Shown here in pieces: positions 26,100 to 38,988 of a DNA stretch of 64,000 bases (the first letter of the stretch is position 1; each line of letters opens with the position of its first letter). A program made the position numbers and the translations under genes. The stretch is from positions 56,911,074 through 56,975,073 of the forward strand of contig JASCQW010000162.1 in assembly GCA_030264375.1 (NCBI GenBank). The letters run 5' to 3'. The notes under the pieces were generated by a model. It worked only from the letters and a program-made list of their open reading frames with translations, was not told the DNA's origin and made no database searches. This DNA is from Carcharhinus longimanus (lineage: Eukaryota).

Positions 26100-26700
26100 T
26101 CTCCTATATGGTCCTCCTCTCTGAGACCACCTCATTCAACTTTAATTCTTTTGGTCCCATTGAAGCTAGTACTGGTCTTTCATCTATGGTCTCCTCAGGA
26201 ATCGCCCAAAGTTCCATCTTTGGTCCTTCCTTTTTGTCTTTGAAATGTTACCCTCAATGACATTGCATCTGTTTCCATACGGGTGCTAGCAACACGCAGC
26301 TATACCTCTCTGCCACAGCATTCAACTCTACAACATTCACAATGCTCTTATGTACGTGGATCCTATCACATAACTTCTTCTATCTTAAAATAGTAGGATT
26401 CAACCTACCTTGTTCAGCTCTTGCCAGAAATTCTATACCCTTGCCCTCAATTCCATTATCCTAGCTGATTACTCACTCAGGCTGTACCAGATGATTCTGC
26501 AAAATTTCAAGCTCCATATACTATCCATTGGTCACTATCTTTACAATATTGGCCAACCTGCTCTTTCCTCACCACCAATTGCCACTGAATCACTCAGCCA
26601 CAGTTTTGTTACATGAGATTTAAATCCTACACTCCTTGCCAATCTCCTAGGTTTTCTCCTATATAAAGCCCTACTTTGCCAAACTCAATTCCCCCATTTC
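26100..26700 (+). mobile_element. Old L2-like LINE RT remnant
   Basis: SGIAQSSIFGP (GVPQGSILGP-like) and ASNTQLYLS (YADDTQLYLS-like) segments. Confidence 0.6.
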
Positions 26701-26784
26701 TCAATACATTGGTTGCTGTTTACCTTACCCCAAAATACCCCTGTGACCTATTCCAATCCTCATCTCCAGTCAATGGCCAACCAC

Positions 26785-27006
26785 AATCCTGACTTGGAAA
26801 TATATCACCGCAATTCCTTCACTGTCACTGGGTTAGAAACCTGCAATTCCCTTCTGAACAGCATTGTGGCTGTACCTACACCTCAAGGGCTGCAGCCATT
26901 CAAGAAGGCAACTCACCACTTTCTTCTGAAGGACAACGAGGGATGGACAATAAATACTGGCCTGGGCAGTGATGCCCACATCCACTAAATGAATAAAAAT
27001 AAAAAA
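26785..27006 (+). mobile_element. LINE 3' end sharing its tail with the second tRNA-SINE
   Basis: TTCAAGAAGGCAACTCACCAC...GGATGGACAATAAATACTGGCC...AATGAATAAAAA; homologous reverse copies at 31907 and 53043. Confidence 0.75.
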
Positions 27007-27135
27007 TCCTCTTTTTTATTGCATGACCAGTGACAGATTCTTGAGCAGTCTCAGTCCTATAATCTAAAAGTCTTTCCTGAAGCCACTCCATCTCGTGAGC
27101 ACTTTTCCCACTTTCAAAGCCTTCTCTAAACTTTC

Positions 27136-27329
27136 GAGCGGGTTTTCCCAGTCCATCCTGTAAGCAGGGCTGGGCGATCCCCCATGGAAATTTTCCTGGC
27201 ACCAAAGCCTCGAGCATCTCAAATGACCATTGACTTTAGTGAGACTGAAAGATCCTGCTGGCAGCTACCTCTGCCACCCAAAAATCACCATGGGGGAGTG
27301 GGGTGATAGAGAGGCAGAAAATCCCTGCC
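27136..27329. mobile_element. MITE (GG..CC family)
   Basis: GAGCGGGTTTTCC ... GAAAATCCCTGCC termini with internal GAAAGATCCTGC subrepeat. Confidence 0.65.
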
Positions 27330-28821
27330 ATTATCCTTTGACCAGGCCAGCCTCCTCTCCTTCCACTCTTTGTTGGCGCGCAATATCCATTTCTAAGCAG
27401 TGAAGTGCCTTAGAAATTCACATTAAAACTACCATGGAAGTAGAAATTGCTGATGATGCTGTCTATGTAGCACAAATGATCTGATTCTTGGCCTCAAATG
27501 AATAATTAAGCTTAAGATAGAGTTAAATAGTTGGTAAATTTTATGAAATCACAAAATGTCTCCTTCAGTTGCCAGTGTTTATAGCAAGACATTTATACGC
27601 AGATTATGCATAAATATTCGACTGAGGCTACCTTATCTCAGAATTCTGAAACAGAACACTTTTGGAAAGGAAGTTCAATATCCATTGCAAATGACCATTA
27701 AAATCACATGCAAATGCACCGCATTTGAATTGCCCAACATCACAGCTACCAGACCTCATGGAAGTCATTTGTACTCTGAGTTCAAAGGGCCTGGAAAAGC
27801 TTTTTGCTTCACAAATAGGATTATAGGGTAAAATAACATCTGAATGAAATAAGTGCAGAAGGTGTCAGTTCAGCATTTTCAATAGTTTGCTCATCAATAT
27901 TTAAACAGCCCACATAAAGCACGCTTTAAACGGTTCAGCTTTACTTAACGTCGATCAAAATGAAGGATATTTTTTCAAAAACAAAAATATAATTTTCCCG
28001 TTTTTGCACTCCAAGGTATTGTATTGTCAGTTAATCTCTCAGGGTTAATCTGAGCTGATGTTACCGTGCCTGAGTGTAAGTAATATGGAGACAAAGCTGT
28101 AAGATGCACAGCACTGTTAAGACCCTATTTGATTAAAACTGTACTTGGGCCTGTTGAGACAAATCTACCATATTCAGTGAGTTAATCAAAAATGTAATTA
28201 AACCACTTTGAAAAACAGTTTTGAAAAGTTTGCATCCTTGTTAGTAAGGCATCTGCAGAGGCTTTAAAAAAAAACACTGCTTAGCTGCTGTAGAATTAGA
28301 GGACAAAACAACCAAATTATATCAAAATACAAAATGTTTTGGTTGAGAATATATTAAATATTATGATAATTTCACAAGTAGATCTTGAATTTCTGCAAAA
28401 AAAGGCGACAGTGAGTCAGCAACCCCTTTTTCATACTTTCCAGTTTCTTTCCCCATAATCTATGAATTCCCCGAATCCCATTTTACAATATTTAGTAATT
28501 AATACCCAATAGACCAACCTTGCTCCAAATTCCTATAGCAAAGAAACTGGCGCATTTTAAATATCAAACATTTTAATATATTTTTACTTCTATTAATATA
28601 TACAGAACAGTACAAAAGCTCAGATTTTGACAGTACAGGAGGAGCAATGACTTTTTTCTGAGGTAATTATTCACTTGGCTCCATTCCCCAATTCCCAGTT
28701 AAATGTTTCCCTTTCAGGTATTTATTCTTTGCCCTCTTTAAAACCATTATGAATTTTGCTTCTGCCATTATTTCTGCCTCATCATTCCATTATCAGTTCA
28801 TTATCATGTGGCTATGCAAAA

Positions 28822-28975
28822 AATTGCCCTTAGTGTCCTGAGATGCGTAGGTTAGAGGGATTAGCAGGTAATTATGTAGGGATATGGGGGAGGGCCTGGG
28901 TGGGATTGTGCTCAGTGCAGACTCAATGGGCCAAATGGCCTCTTTCTGCACTATAGGGTTTCTATGATTTCTGTG
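28822..28975 (+). mobile_element. HE1 SINE 3' half
   Basis: AAATTGCCCTTAGTGTC...ATGGGCCAAATGGCCTC...TTCTATGATT. Confidence 0.8.
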
Positions 28976-29066
28976 ATGATCCTTTCTTAACTCTCTCTCC
29001 TCCAATGGAAAGAGCTCTGTTTTCTCTCTTCTCTCCTCATAACTAAAGCCTCTTACCCCTGATAGT

Positions 29067-29280
29067 GGGTGGGATTTTCCATCCCTCCTCCACTCCATGA
29101 TGTGTTCTCTGGTGGTGGAAGTGGCTTGCCATTGGCTGGCGGCAGGATATTTCAAAATAGCTGACGTCTACGATGTTTTGAGTGACTCGTCCATCTTGTT
29201 GCCAGGAAACCTGCCAGGGGAGGTTGCCTTTGGTGGAAGTGGAAGATCTTGCCTGTGAGAAGGGCAAGAAAATCTCACTC
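29067..29280. mobile_element. MITE (GG..CC family)
   Basis: GGGTGGGATTTTCC ... GAAAATCTCACTC. Confidence 0.7.
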
Positions 29281-31906
29281 ATTATCTTAGAAGGGGGCAG
29301 AAAAGAATTTTGAATGTTTAACATGTGACATGAAATAAGTTATACAAAATTAATCATAATTAAGGCATAATTAAGGCACTCTCCCTGCCACATTTGAGAA
29401 TATCATGTCCAGTCACATCCCATCAGTAACTCGGCTGGCAGGGCGTTATGGTCACTTTGGGGTGGTGTTCACCTGTTTGTTCATTGGTAACTTAAATGTT
29501 TGTACTGCCTGCTCTGCCAGCCCATTTGATACTGGGTGCTAAGGTGCTGACCTCACATAGCAAATGCCATTGGACTTCAATAATTTTCGGAACTGTACTG
29601 ATTGCTTTGCTCTGCATCAGGTCTGTCAGTGACCTTTCTTGTTTCTCTTGAAGCACACATAGCTTATGCACCGACAAACTTCTTGGGAGTATGAGTCCCT
29701 CCTCGATNNNNNNNNNNNNNNNNNNNNNNNNNNNNNNNNNNNNNNNNNNNNNNNNNNNNNNNNNNNNNNNNNNNNNNNNNNNNNNNNNNNNNNNNNNNNN
29801 NNNNNNNTCCTCGATCCGTGGTCCACGCCCTCCTGCCAATTGGCTCAGCTTCCCACCGGGATGATCTGTTAGATCCTCAGTGATCAGATGACTCTCAGGG
29901 AATACCTTCACCCCCATCCCCCCACCTCATTAAGGGATCTTGCTACTACCGCCTTCTAATTCTGAATTCAATTAGTAAAACAATTATACTGATTCGCTAT
30001 ACCCAAAATATACATACTAAACATTCAGTACATTACAACTGTGATTAAAATTTGAAAAGGACATTACTGGTAGTGAAGAAGGTGTATAGTTCATCCTTCC
30101 TACTGTTTGCTGCAGAGAGACAGTGAATTATAGCACTCTAAAATGGCTGTGTTCAGTGGTTATCACATGATTTAAAAACCTTTATTGTTGATCAACAAAA
30201 CCAGAATCACAAAATACTGGAGTGCAGAAGAGACTCTTTGGCCCATCAATTCTGCACTGATGCATGAAACGCCCTGACCTGCCCACCAAATCCCACTTGC
30301 CAGACTTGGTCCATAGCCTTGAATGTTATGGTGNNNNNNNNNNNNNNNNNNNNNNNNNNNNNNNNNNNNNNNNNNNNNNNNNNNNNNNNNNNNNNNNNNN
30401 NNNNNNNNNNNNNNNNNNNNNNNNNNNNNNNNNNNNNNNNNNNNNNNNNNNNNNNNNNNNNNNNNNNNNNNNNNNNNNNNNNNNNNNNNNNNNNNNNNNN
30501 NNNNNNNNNNNNNNNNNNNNNNNNNNNNNNNNNNNNNNNNNNNNNNNNNNNNNNNNNNNNNNNNNNNNNNNNNNNNNNNNNNNNNNNNNNNNNNNNNNNN
30601 NNNNNNNNNNNNNNNNNNNNNNNNNNNNNNNNNNNNNNNNNNNNNNNNNNNNNNNNNNNNNNNNNNNNNNNNNNNNNNNNNNNNNNNNNNNNNNNNNNNN
30701 NNNNNNNNNNNNNNNNNNNNNNNNNNNNNNNNNNNNNNNNNNNNNNNNNNNNNNNNNNTATCAGTTCTCCAGCTTTGGTCTCACCAAAGTTCTAACCAAC
30801 TCCATCATGACCTCTCAGCTTCCATAATCTAAAAAATTTATTTATATAATAAAATCAAATCTGTTTCCTGTGATCCCAAGGTGAGAATGTTGTTCAGTGG
30901 AAAATCCATCTAACATTGGTCATAAGGAAAAGAATTGGGGAAGAAGAGAAATTTCGAATGTAAAGATTGCTGCATGTTATTTGCACTTTATCAGGGACAG
31001 TATTTTTCTGATGCAGCAAAGCAACACAATGAAGATTGCCAGATGGTATTTGAGCTAATGTAGAGGACAATGTTGATGGTGATCTTGTTGTTCAAATGAT
31101 TGCAAAAATGTGGACAGGAGGACTTCTACAAGGGTGCAAACTATTTACTTATTATATCAGATGCTGTCCAAAAAGCAACCAGTCATGTGGCTGGGTGTTT
31201 ATTGTGCACAGCTAACATCATCTCCCTGGCTATACAAATGCTTCTGAAGTGATTGTCACCCTATTGGTCAGTTTCTGCTTCTGTCAAGTAACCATTTCTC
31301 GAAAATTATATTTCTGAGCCACATCATTAGAATTGAGAAGTTCTGGGAAAGTGAGGTGCAGACAGAAGGCTCAATGTTGGTACCAGCTTCAACTGGGGTC
31401 TGAATTAGACCTGCGAAGGTTGCAGACCAATAGACTAATTAATGTACTATCGTTCTTGCTGAACTCAGACTAACAAGCAAGGACGTGCTTGAAAAGATCT
31501 TGGGTCTACCATCATTTGCATGAGGACCAAAGAAGGGAACATCTATTCAGTTTGTCAACTCATGCAAGTGTAATTTCTGATACATACCTGTCCAGGCAAA
31601 TGACACCTAAAACCCTTAGGGAAAATCAGGCCACAGTGATACCACCACACACTGGCCCAAATCAGAAGGTGTTTGTTAAGATTGAAACTTTAAAGGGAGT
31701 TTCAAGGAAGCTGTGAGCAGGTCTTCAGAAGTAGAGAATGTTAAGGATTAACAAAAAGCCAGTGTTAAATCAAACTGAGTTTGATTTTAAAAAAATCTTC
31801 ATAATTAATGGAATGCTGAGGGTAGCTTCATTATTACTGCATGTGAAAGGTGGTGAACTGGTGTGTATGAAACTGTCATGGGCTGTTTTACATTTAAGGC
31901 AGTAAA

Positions 31907-32225
31907 TTTTTATTTCATCCGTTCTTGTGATATGAGTGTTGCTAGTAAGACCAGCATTTATTACCCACTTCTCTTTGCCCTTGCAAACTTGATAGTAAGC
32001 CATTTCCTTTAATTACTGAATTCCAAGTGCTCCCACAATGCTTAGGCAGGGAGTTCCAGGATGTCGACCCAACAGCAATGAAAGAACAAGGATATTCTTT
32101 CAAGTCAATACTGCACATGACTTGTAGGCAATAGTCTTCCCATGTGCCCTTGTCTTTCATGGTGGGAGAGATCACACATTTGGAAGGTACTACTGAAGAA
32201 ACCTTAACAAGTCTGGGCTGTGGTA
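31907..32225 (-). mobile_element. LINE 3' end (same family as 26785-27006)
   Basis: CCAGCATTTATTACCCA..GGGAGTTCCAGGATGTCGACCCA reverse homology. Confidence 0.65.
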
Positions 32226-33334
32226 TTTGGACACACACCTCAAGTTGATTTTGTCTGATATATTCTCAAATCGCCTGCTTTAAAGCAACTAAGCAAACAC
32301 AAAGTCCATCTGCTTCAGAAGTTGTTGTTGAATTGTGAAGGCCATTTTAATAATTTAATATTTACACCCTATATGGAGCTACCTGTGTGAGGGATGTAAC
32401 TCAATGCAATATCCTATCACTGAGGGACATGAGAAGGTTCCATATGTAGTATCCAAGGGATTATTTTTATTTCAAGAGACTGTTATTAACTAAAAAGATT
32501 TTCAGAGCTTTCATGAAGTGCATGCTATGGATCACAGTTATCTTATATTCAACCATAGTTTGTGGCTCTACCAGATTTAGGTTTTAGCCTGGTTAAGTAT
32601 TTTCTGTTTATTCAAGATGCGTGTGGGAATGCAGCGCAAGGTTAAGCTTGATTTATTGCAGTACTACAATGACATTAAAACACCCAAGTCCAGGTATTCT
32701 GCAGGAGCACACAGCAAATGAACACAGATTTTAGATCAGTTATCAAATAGTCCTACTATGGGAAATAACGTTAGGCCGCTGAATGAGAAAATGAATGCCA
32801 GAGAACCCAAAAGTAACAACACTAATATTGGACCACTTTAGAGTTAATGTTCACAACAAAGGGAGATTGTGTGTTTGTATTTTATACTTTATCAGTGTAG
32901 GGACCATGAAAAACTTTTTCTTTAATAGTTATTTTGAATGGCCTACAAAATGAGCAAGCAAGTAAGCTCAACATTTATTTCCAAAACTTCTGATACTGCA
33001 TATGGTAAATGAGGGCCTTTTTTGATTTGTCTGAATTTCTGAAGCATTTTCATGCATTCCATGCTCTGCGGCAGGACTGTCAAAATGGAAATTTATCCTA
33101 TGGTTTATTGGTGCCCTCAGTATTTTGATAAATAAGTGCAAAAAGAAGATAATGTGAGGGGTATTAGAACCATTTTAAAGGAGCTATTTCAGATAACATT
33201 GAGCTACATGTAATGTTTCAAAATAATTTATTGCACAATTTTGAAACTGTGCACAAAGTTCAATATTACCTGCTGCAACTCTCCAGAAATCATTCACATA
33301 CCTCTCCAGAAATCATTCACATACCTCTCGTCCT

Positions 33335-34710
33335 TCTGGCAAATGGAGGATAATGCAGGCAATGCGAAATTGTCTATCTTGGCAGGAAGAATAATTGCAA
33401 AGATTGTTATCTAAATGGGGAGAGATTGTAGAACTCTCAGATGCAGATGGATCTGTAAATCCTAGTGCATGAATCACAAAAGGCTAGTTTGCCGGTACAG
33501 CAAGTAATAAGGAAAGCTAATAAAATACGTTATTGTTTATTGAGAGAGGGACTCAATGTAAAAGTAGGGGGCTATGCTCTGTTGTATGCTTCAGATGTGG
33601 CAAGACCACATCTGGAGTATTGCATACAGTATTGGTCTCCTTATTTAAGGAAGGATGTAAATGCATCAGAAGCAGCTCAGAGAAGTTTTACACGACTAAT
33701 GGATGGCTTCAGTAGAATCCCTATTGTGCAGAAGGAGGCCATTCAGTCCATCGAGTTCTCACCAACCCTCCAAAAGACCATTCTAAATAGGCCAATTCCT
33801 TTGCCCTGACTCGGTAACCCCACACAATGATCGTGGCCAATTCATCTAACCTGTACATCTTTGGACACAATCAGGCAATTTATCATGTCCAATCCAGCTA
33901 ACATGTACAGCCATCAGGAAAAGGATAGAGAAGTCTGAAGTCACGTACCAACCAACTCAAAAACTGTTTCTTCCTTGCTGCCATCAAACTTTTGAATAGA
34001 CTTACTTGATATTAAATTGATCTTTCTCTACACCCTAGATATGATTGTAATACTATATTCTGCACCCTCTCCTTTCCTTTGCCCTTCTGGACTCTATGAA
34101 TGGTATATTTTGTCTGTACGTGACAATAATATATCAAATCAAATCTTTGGACTGTGGGAGGAAACTGGAAGACTCAGGAGAAACGCACAAAGACATGGGA
34201 GAATGTGCATCCCCCACAAAGACACTCACCTAAGGCCAGAATTGAACCTGAGTTGTTGGCGTTGTGAGGCAGCAATGCTAACTACTGAGCCAGCATGCCT
34301 TTCTCAAAGATTAGACAGGCCAGGCTTATGTCTGCTGAAGTTTAGAAGAGTAAAAGGTGACTTGATTGAAACCTACGTGACCCTGAGGGGTGCTAACAGG
34401 GTAAATGTTGAAAAGATGTTTCCTCTAAAGGGAGAATCTAGAACTAGAGACCACTGTTTAAGAATAAGGGGTTATCCAATAAAAAAAGTGAGAATTTTTT
34501 TCTCTCACAGTGAAATGAGTCTTTGGAACTCTTTTCCTCATAAGTCAATGAACATAATGTCTTTGAATGTTTTTAAGGCAGAAGTCAATAAATTCATGGT
34601 AAACAAGGAAGTGAAAGGTTATCATGAGTAGGTGAGAGATGACAATTTGATCAGGCGTGATGTTATTAAAAGGTGGAGCAGGCTCGACGGGCTGAGTGGC
34701 CTACTCCTAA
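33335..34710 (+). mobile_element. CR1 RT/3' UTR remnant interrupted by a reverse HE1 SINE that is itself interrupted by a Rex/Babar 3' end (about 33912-34142)
   Basis: RPHLEYCIQYWSPYLRKDV; FRRVKGDLIETY; nested HE1 pieces 33713-33905 and 34143-34295. Confidence 0.8.
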
Positions 34711-35317
34711 TTCGAATGCTTCCTTCTTTTTTTTACCTCGCAACCTGCTACTCATAGCAGCTCCAATTAATCCCGCAATGATTGTTTCATACAATCATAC
34801 AAACTACAGAATGCTGCTTTCTCTTATTTAATACTTAAAGCAACAGTCTTTCAACAAGGAAATTGCAGAAGGTATACACAACTGTCAGGTGCATTTACAA
34901 GGAAATGGCGATCTGCTGTTCTAAGTGGGGTATACAGTTGTTTGCAAAGATTATTATAGAATGTCTTCCTGTCAAATTCAATATTGCCCAGAAAAAAAAT
35001 GAATATTGAACTGCAACCTACTTCTTATAACATCAAAACATGTCATAATAGTGGTTGTCACCCAAGTTCAATTCTGCAGTATTTCCTGGGAATATATAGA
35101 GCCACTTTAAGTATGCTTCACAAGCCACACCACCCCTCATTATAAACAGAGTTCCCACCCCAAACCTTGTGGTTTACACAAGTTTACGATGATGGAATAT
35201 GTACGCAATCAATTAAACAAAGTATACATGTTGGTAACAGCTTTAAAATATTTCAGAGGACTGTCAGAAATAATTACTGCAAGGGTTCTCAGTCAGCGCA
35301 ACTGGAAATTCACTTAC

Positions 35318-35460
35318 TTTCAGTGTAAGTGAGTCTGATATTCTCAGTCCAAGTGCTTAATACTAAATTATTCATCCTTAGCCAGTGCAGCATTGCGTCT
35401 GATCACAAGGTAAGACAGAAGCTGGCGAAGGCTGCCAGTTTGAGGTGGTAACCTTGTAAC
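35318..35460 (-). other. Candidate exon (stop codons in all three frames)
   Basis: Minus-strand T-rich tract..TTCCTAG acceptor and AAA|GTAAGT donor. Confidence 0.25.
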
Positions 35461-35764
35461 CTAGGAAATTACCATTAATAACAGAAAAAGAAAAAAAAGG
35501 CTAAATTTGGTTACTGCTCTCAGAAGTAGCAGAGCCAAGCATGAGGCACACACAGTTTGGCAGCTTTGAGAGTTGGCCTGATGACGCCCGTTTCTCCTTC
35601 AATTTGGAATTTCCTGGGAAAATCATTTTCAATAGGAGGCCCAGAACTTCCGATAATTTTAATAAATTAAACTGGACACATAAACTACTAACTTCCTTGC
35701 TAGAAATGTGTACTCTGTCTCGATAACATGAATAATGCTGCGCTGCTGTTTGTCACAATTTGTG

Positions 35765-35959
35765 ATCATAATTCTCAGCCTTTTGGCTCAGATCAAGCTG
35801 AAGATGGGCTGCAATGCCTTTCTTGTCAACTTGGATCTTGTTTGTCTCCCTTAAATTAGATTCAATTTGAATTTGGTTTTTGGAGCAAGGAAGGAGATGG
35901 ATTTGGGTCTGCCTTGTCCACCCTGAGCATTGGCTTTGTGACTTTAAGAATGCAGTAAA
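35765..35959 (+). ncRNA. Divergent U2 snRNA-derived element (retrocopy, U2-derived SINE or variant snRNA)
   Basis: TTCTCAGCCTTTTGGCTCAGATCAAG matches vertebrate U2 nt 6-31 at 24/26; colinear blocks TTCTTGTCA, TTTTTGGAGCA, GGAGATGGA, GTCCAC, GCAT, TGCAGTA follow in U2 order. Confidence 0.85.
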
Positions 35960-37037
35960 AATTTGTTTAAAACCTGGCAGTGGGGGCTTGGATTTTGGAG
36001 TTATGTTTTTGCAATGACTTGATCTGCCTTATTTTTGTTACATTCTTTTGTAACTTGTTTCCATCACCACCACTACCCTGCAGTCCACACAACCCCATTT
36101 TCAGATTGGGTGGGCACCCCCTGCAATTTCCATTTGTGGATCCCTGGGTGCTCCAATTCCCATTGCAGCAATAAATATGCCTCTGGTTATCCACTCATTT
36201 TTGAGGAGATGTATAGAATCTGAGTGGGGCTGGGAGTTGGCAGGGGAGTCAGTATTTGAAAGAGGCAGGGTGGAAATCGGTGGCAAATCTGCTTACAACA
36301 GAGGTAAATTGCTCAATCTCAAAACACCCAAGCAGACCGAGCACAATTACCCAGTCATGCCTTAAGTAATCTGTCTCTGCTGGCTGCTCTTTGCAAGGAA
36401 GGCAGTCAAAGTGATGCTGTCTCCTCCAGGCTACATCTAAACAAGATTAATGGCAGAGTCAAACTATTTTTACGTATACTGGTGACCACAGGAGTGAACT
36501 TTTATGCTACTGGATCGTTCCAAACTACCACAGGGGATATATAATCTGATTACTGAATTAGCATTGTACCAATGCATATACTAAGTGACAGCGAAACCTC
36601 TCAACACTTACCCAAGGAAAAACAGCCAACAAGTCAAAAGGACGGTTTAATCTATTCAAACACCATAAACCGGTACATCCTAAAGTGCGTCAGTATGGTT
36701 CTCTCAGTAGAAGTGAAAGTGTGTCCTCCTTAAATGTTGTAACAGGTTTTCCCGAGTTTATATTTTCCCATGTGGATGAAAAGTAAGGTAGAGATTGAAC
36801 CTTAGAAGCATTTTCCGTTAAATTTTCATGTCTAAATTATTATTTTATGCTTGCTTTTTGCTTCAAAGATAAAGCCTAACTCAAGTGAGGAAACAACAGA
36901 GAAAGATGAGGGGGTGGGGGGGTGGAAATGGTGTGCAGACATCATGGGGGAAAAGCATTGGAAAAGTCCTCAGGCACAGAGGCAGTTAATCCAGACCTGT
37001 TGTTTCCAAAGTAGGCAGCTCACAAGATTTGCATTAC

Positions 37038-37137
37038 CTGCTGATTTAAATGATTGCAACATGCAGCCTGGCTTCCCTTTTTCCTCTTCAAGCAGCCTAA
37101 TCTTCTCTTGCAGCCTCTGTTCATTCTCCCTGACATG
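37038..37137 (-). other. Candidate exon, coiled-coil-like frame HVRENEQRLQEKIRLLEEEKGKPGCMLQSFKSA
   Basis: CTGCAG acceptor with weak pyrimidine tract and CAG|GTAATG donor; protein not recognised. Confidence 0.25.
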
Positions 37138-37410
37138 CTGCAGTTCATAGCAAGAGTCGATAGAAATCAATCAACATTTGGGGAGCACTTCAAGTGCATG
37201 TTCATTTGTGTAATGTTAAGACAGTACCCGAAGTGTAAGCTTCAAAATGGCAGTGCCAGTGTCAAAACAGCTCTGTGCACTAGTTGATGTTACAATCGGC
37301 CCACCTTGCACTCTTCCAGTAGTGTTGCTGGTGTCCATGCGGCCCACACTCGAGGGACATGCACATTCTGCAGATGCCCCTTCGGAAGCAAAATGGCACC
37401 CAGCATAAAA

Positions 37411-37560
37411 AAAGACACAAAGATAAAAGCAAAATACTGCGGATGCTGGAATCTGAAACAAATAAAGAAAATGATGGAAAACCTCAGCAGGTGTGACAGC
37501 ATCTGTGGAGAGAGAATAGAGCCAACAATTTTGAGTTGGGATGATCCTTCATCTGAGCTT
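37411..37560 (-). mobile_element. Penelope-like terminal repeat with decayed hammerhead
   Basis: GATGCTGGAATCTGAAACAAA..CTCAGCAGG..AGCATCTGTGGAGAGAG; reverse strand CAGATGA-AGGATCATCCCAACTC-AAAA (mutated core). Confidence 0.65.
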
Positions 37561-37846
37561 CGTCACAGAGGAAAACTGAATGCTGTACTCCTGACTTTTG
37601 TGACCCATCTGTTTTGTTTTACATTTANNNNNNNNNNCCATTGTTGAATTGTGTGTTTTCACAACATTATTAAGTTTGCTTGTCCCAAGCATATAAACAA
37701 TTGAAGCTGGTGTTGCCATATGTCCCCTTAAACCTGCCTTGCCATTTATTAAGATCATGGCTGATCTTCTATCTTAGTTCTGCCCTATGCCCAAATCCCT
37801 CAATATTAATGCCTAAAATTCTAGCGACTTAGTTGTGCATTTACTC

Positions 37847-37972
37847 CGGCTGGAATTCTCCGACCTCACCCACGGCTTGGATTCTCCGGTCCTGGTGCGG
37901 TGAATGGAAATTTGGCTGAGCACCAAACTCTCTGTCCTCACTGGCAGTGGTAACAGGATGGAATTTCATCCC
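37847..37972. mobile_element. MITE nested in an old reverse CR1 fragment
   Basis: GGCTGGAATTCTCC ... GGAATTTCATCCC; homologous to 11780-11918. Confidence 0.7.
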
Positions 37973-38988
37973 ATGCCTGAAAACTCAGAGCCTCTGGGGT
38001 ACAGATTCACAGCCCTCAGAGTGAACAAATTTCACCGCCTCTTAATTACCTCTGGTTCTACACTCTTGACACAGGGGAAAGAGCCTTTCAACACATACCC
38101 TGTTAAGCTTTCTAAGAATTTTACATATTTCAAAGACATCAGCTCTCATCTCCAGAATATAGGGTCATTCTACTCAATCTCTCCTTTTAATCAGCCTCTC
38201 ATCCTGGAAAGCAATCTCTCAAACCCTTGGTGCACCTGTTGGTGAGAAATACACCATTCTTGAGGTTACGAAACCAAATTTGCGCGCGGTGAAAATAACT
38301 TGCAGGTGATTAAAAGAAGCTTTTTACAGCAATATTTTAATCAAAACTATTTTAATCAATTTTTTAAACTTACTTTGGAGAAAGGCAGAAGGCTTTCAGA
38401 ACCTATTTTTCCATTTATTTATATTTAGATTTTAAAGCAATTGCTGTTTTCTGTGGAGATTTAACTTTGAAGTTGTCCCAAACTCTTTTACAACACCAAA
38501 TCTCCGGAAGATCACTCACACTACAATTGAGAGTCCCAAGGATTTCCATCTCCATTCCAGTGCTACCAAATTGCAACATCTCTCCTGCTGCAGTTAAACT
38601 CCTCAAACCTCCCCAATATTATCAAAACCCCAGAATTCCTTCCCCAACAGCAGTGGAGGTGTTTCTTTCAGAATGTCCCCTTCTCTTGTTGGGTTTGCCA
38701 TGTGCTGGATACAAAGATTCTCTTGAATGCATTTTAAGAATTCTGAGTCCTCTAATTTTAACGCTGAATTTATCCCAGTTGATACTCAGATAGCTAAAAT
38801 CCCCTGTTATCGCTACATTATTAACCAGGACTTTTCCTGTCCCACCTGCCATGGCACCAGAAATTCTTGCCCAAAGTCAACAGACCTTTGGCTAATCCAT
38901 CAAATTTTCCGTCCCAGCTGCAACAATTTCCACATGAATAGGGCTGTAATATTTAGACCATTGGCCAAAATCTTCCATCTTCCTTTAT

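Noticed and set aside
30264-30832. Long ORFs of 158-187 aa (likewise 54372-54897)
   Set aside because: Composed mostly of N bases
33279-33324. 23-bp direct tandem duplication
   Set aside because: Simple slippage duplication with no further structure
34017-34631. 204-aa plus ORF
   Set aside because: Runs across Rex, HE1 and CR1 fragments; chance fusion of nested repeats
35765-35959. Canonical functional U2 snRNA gene
   Set aside because: GUAGUA branch-pairing motif absent, Sm site altered, 3' stem IV incomplete, no recognisable PSE
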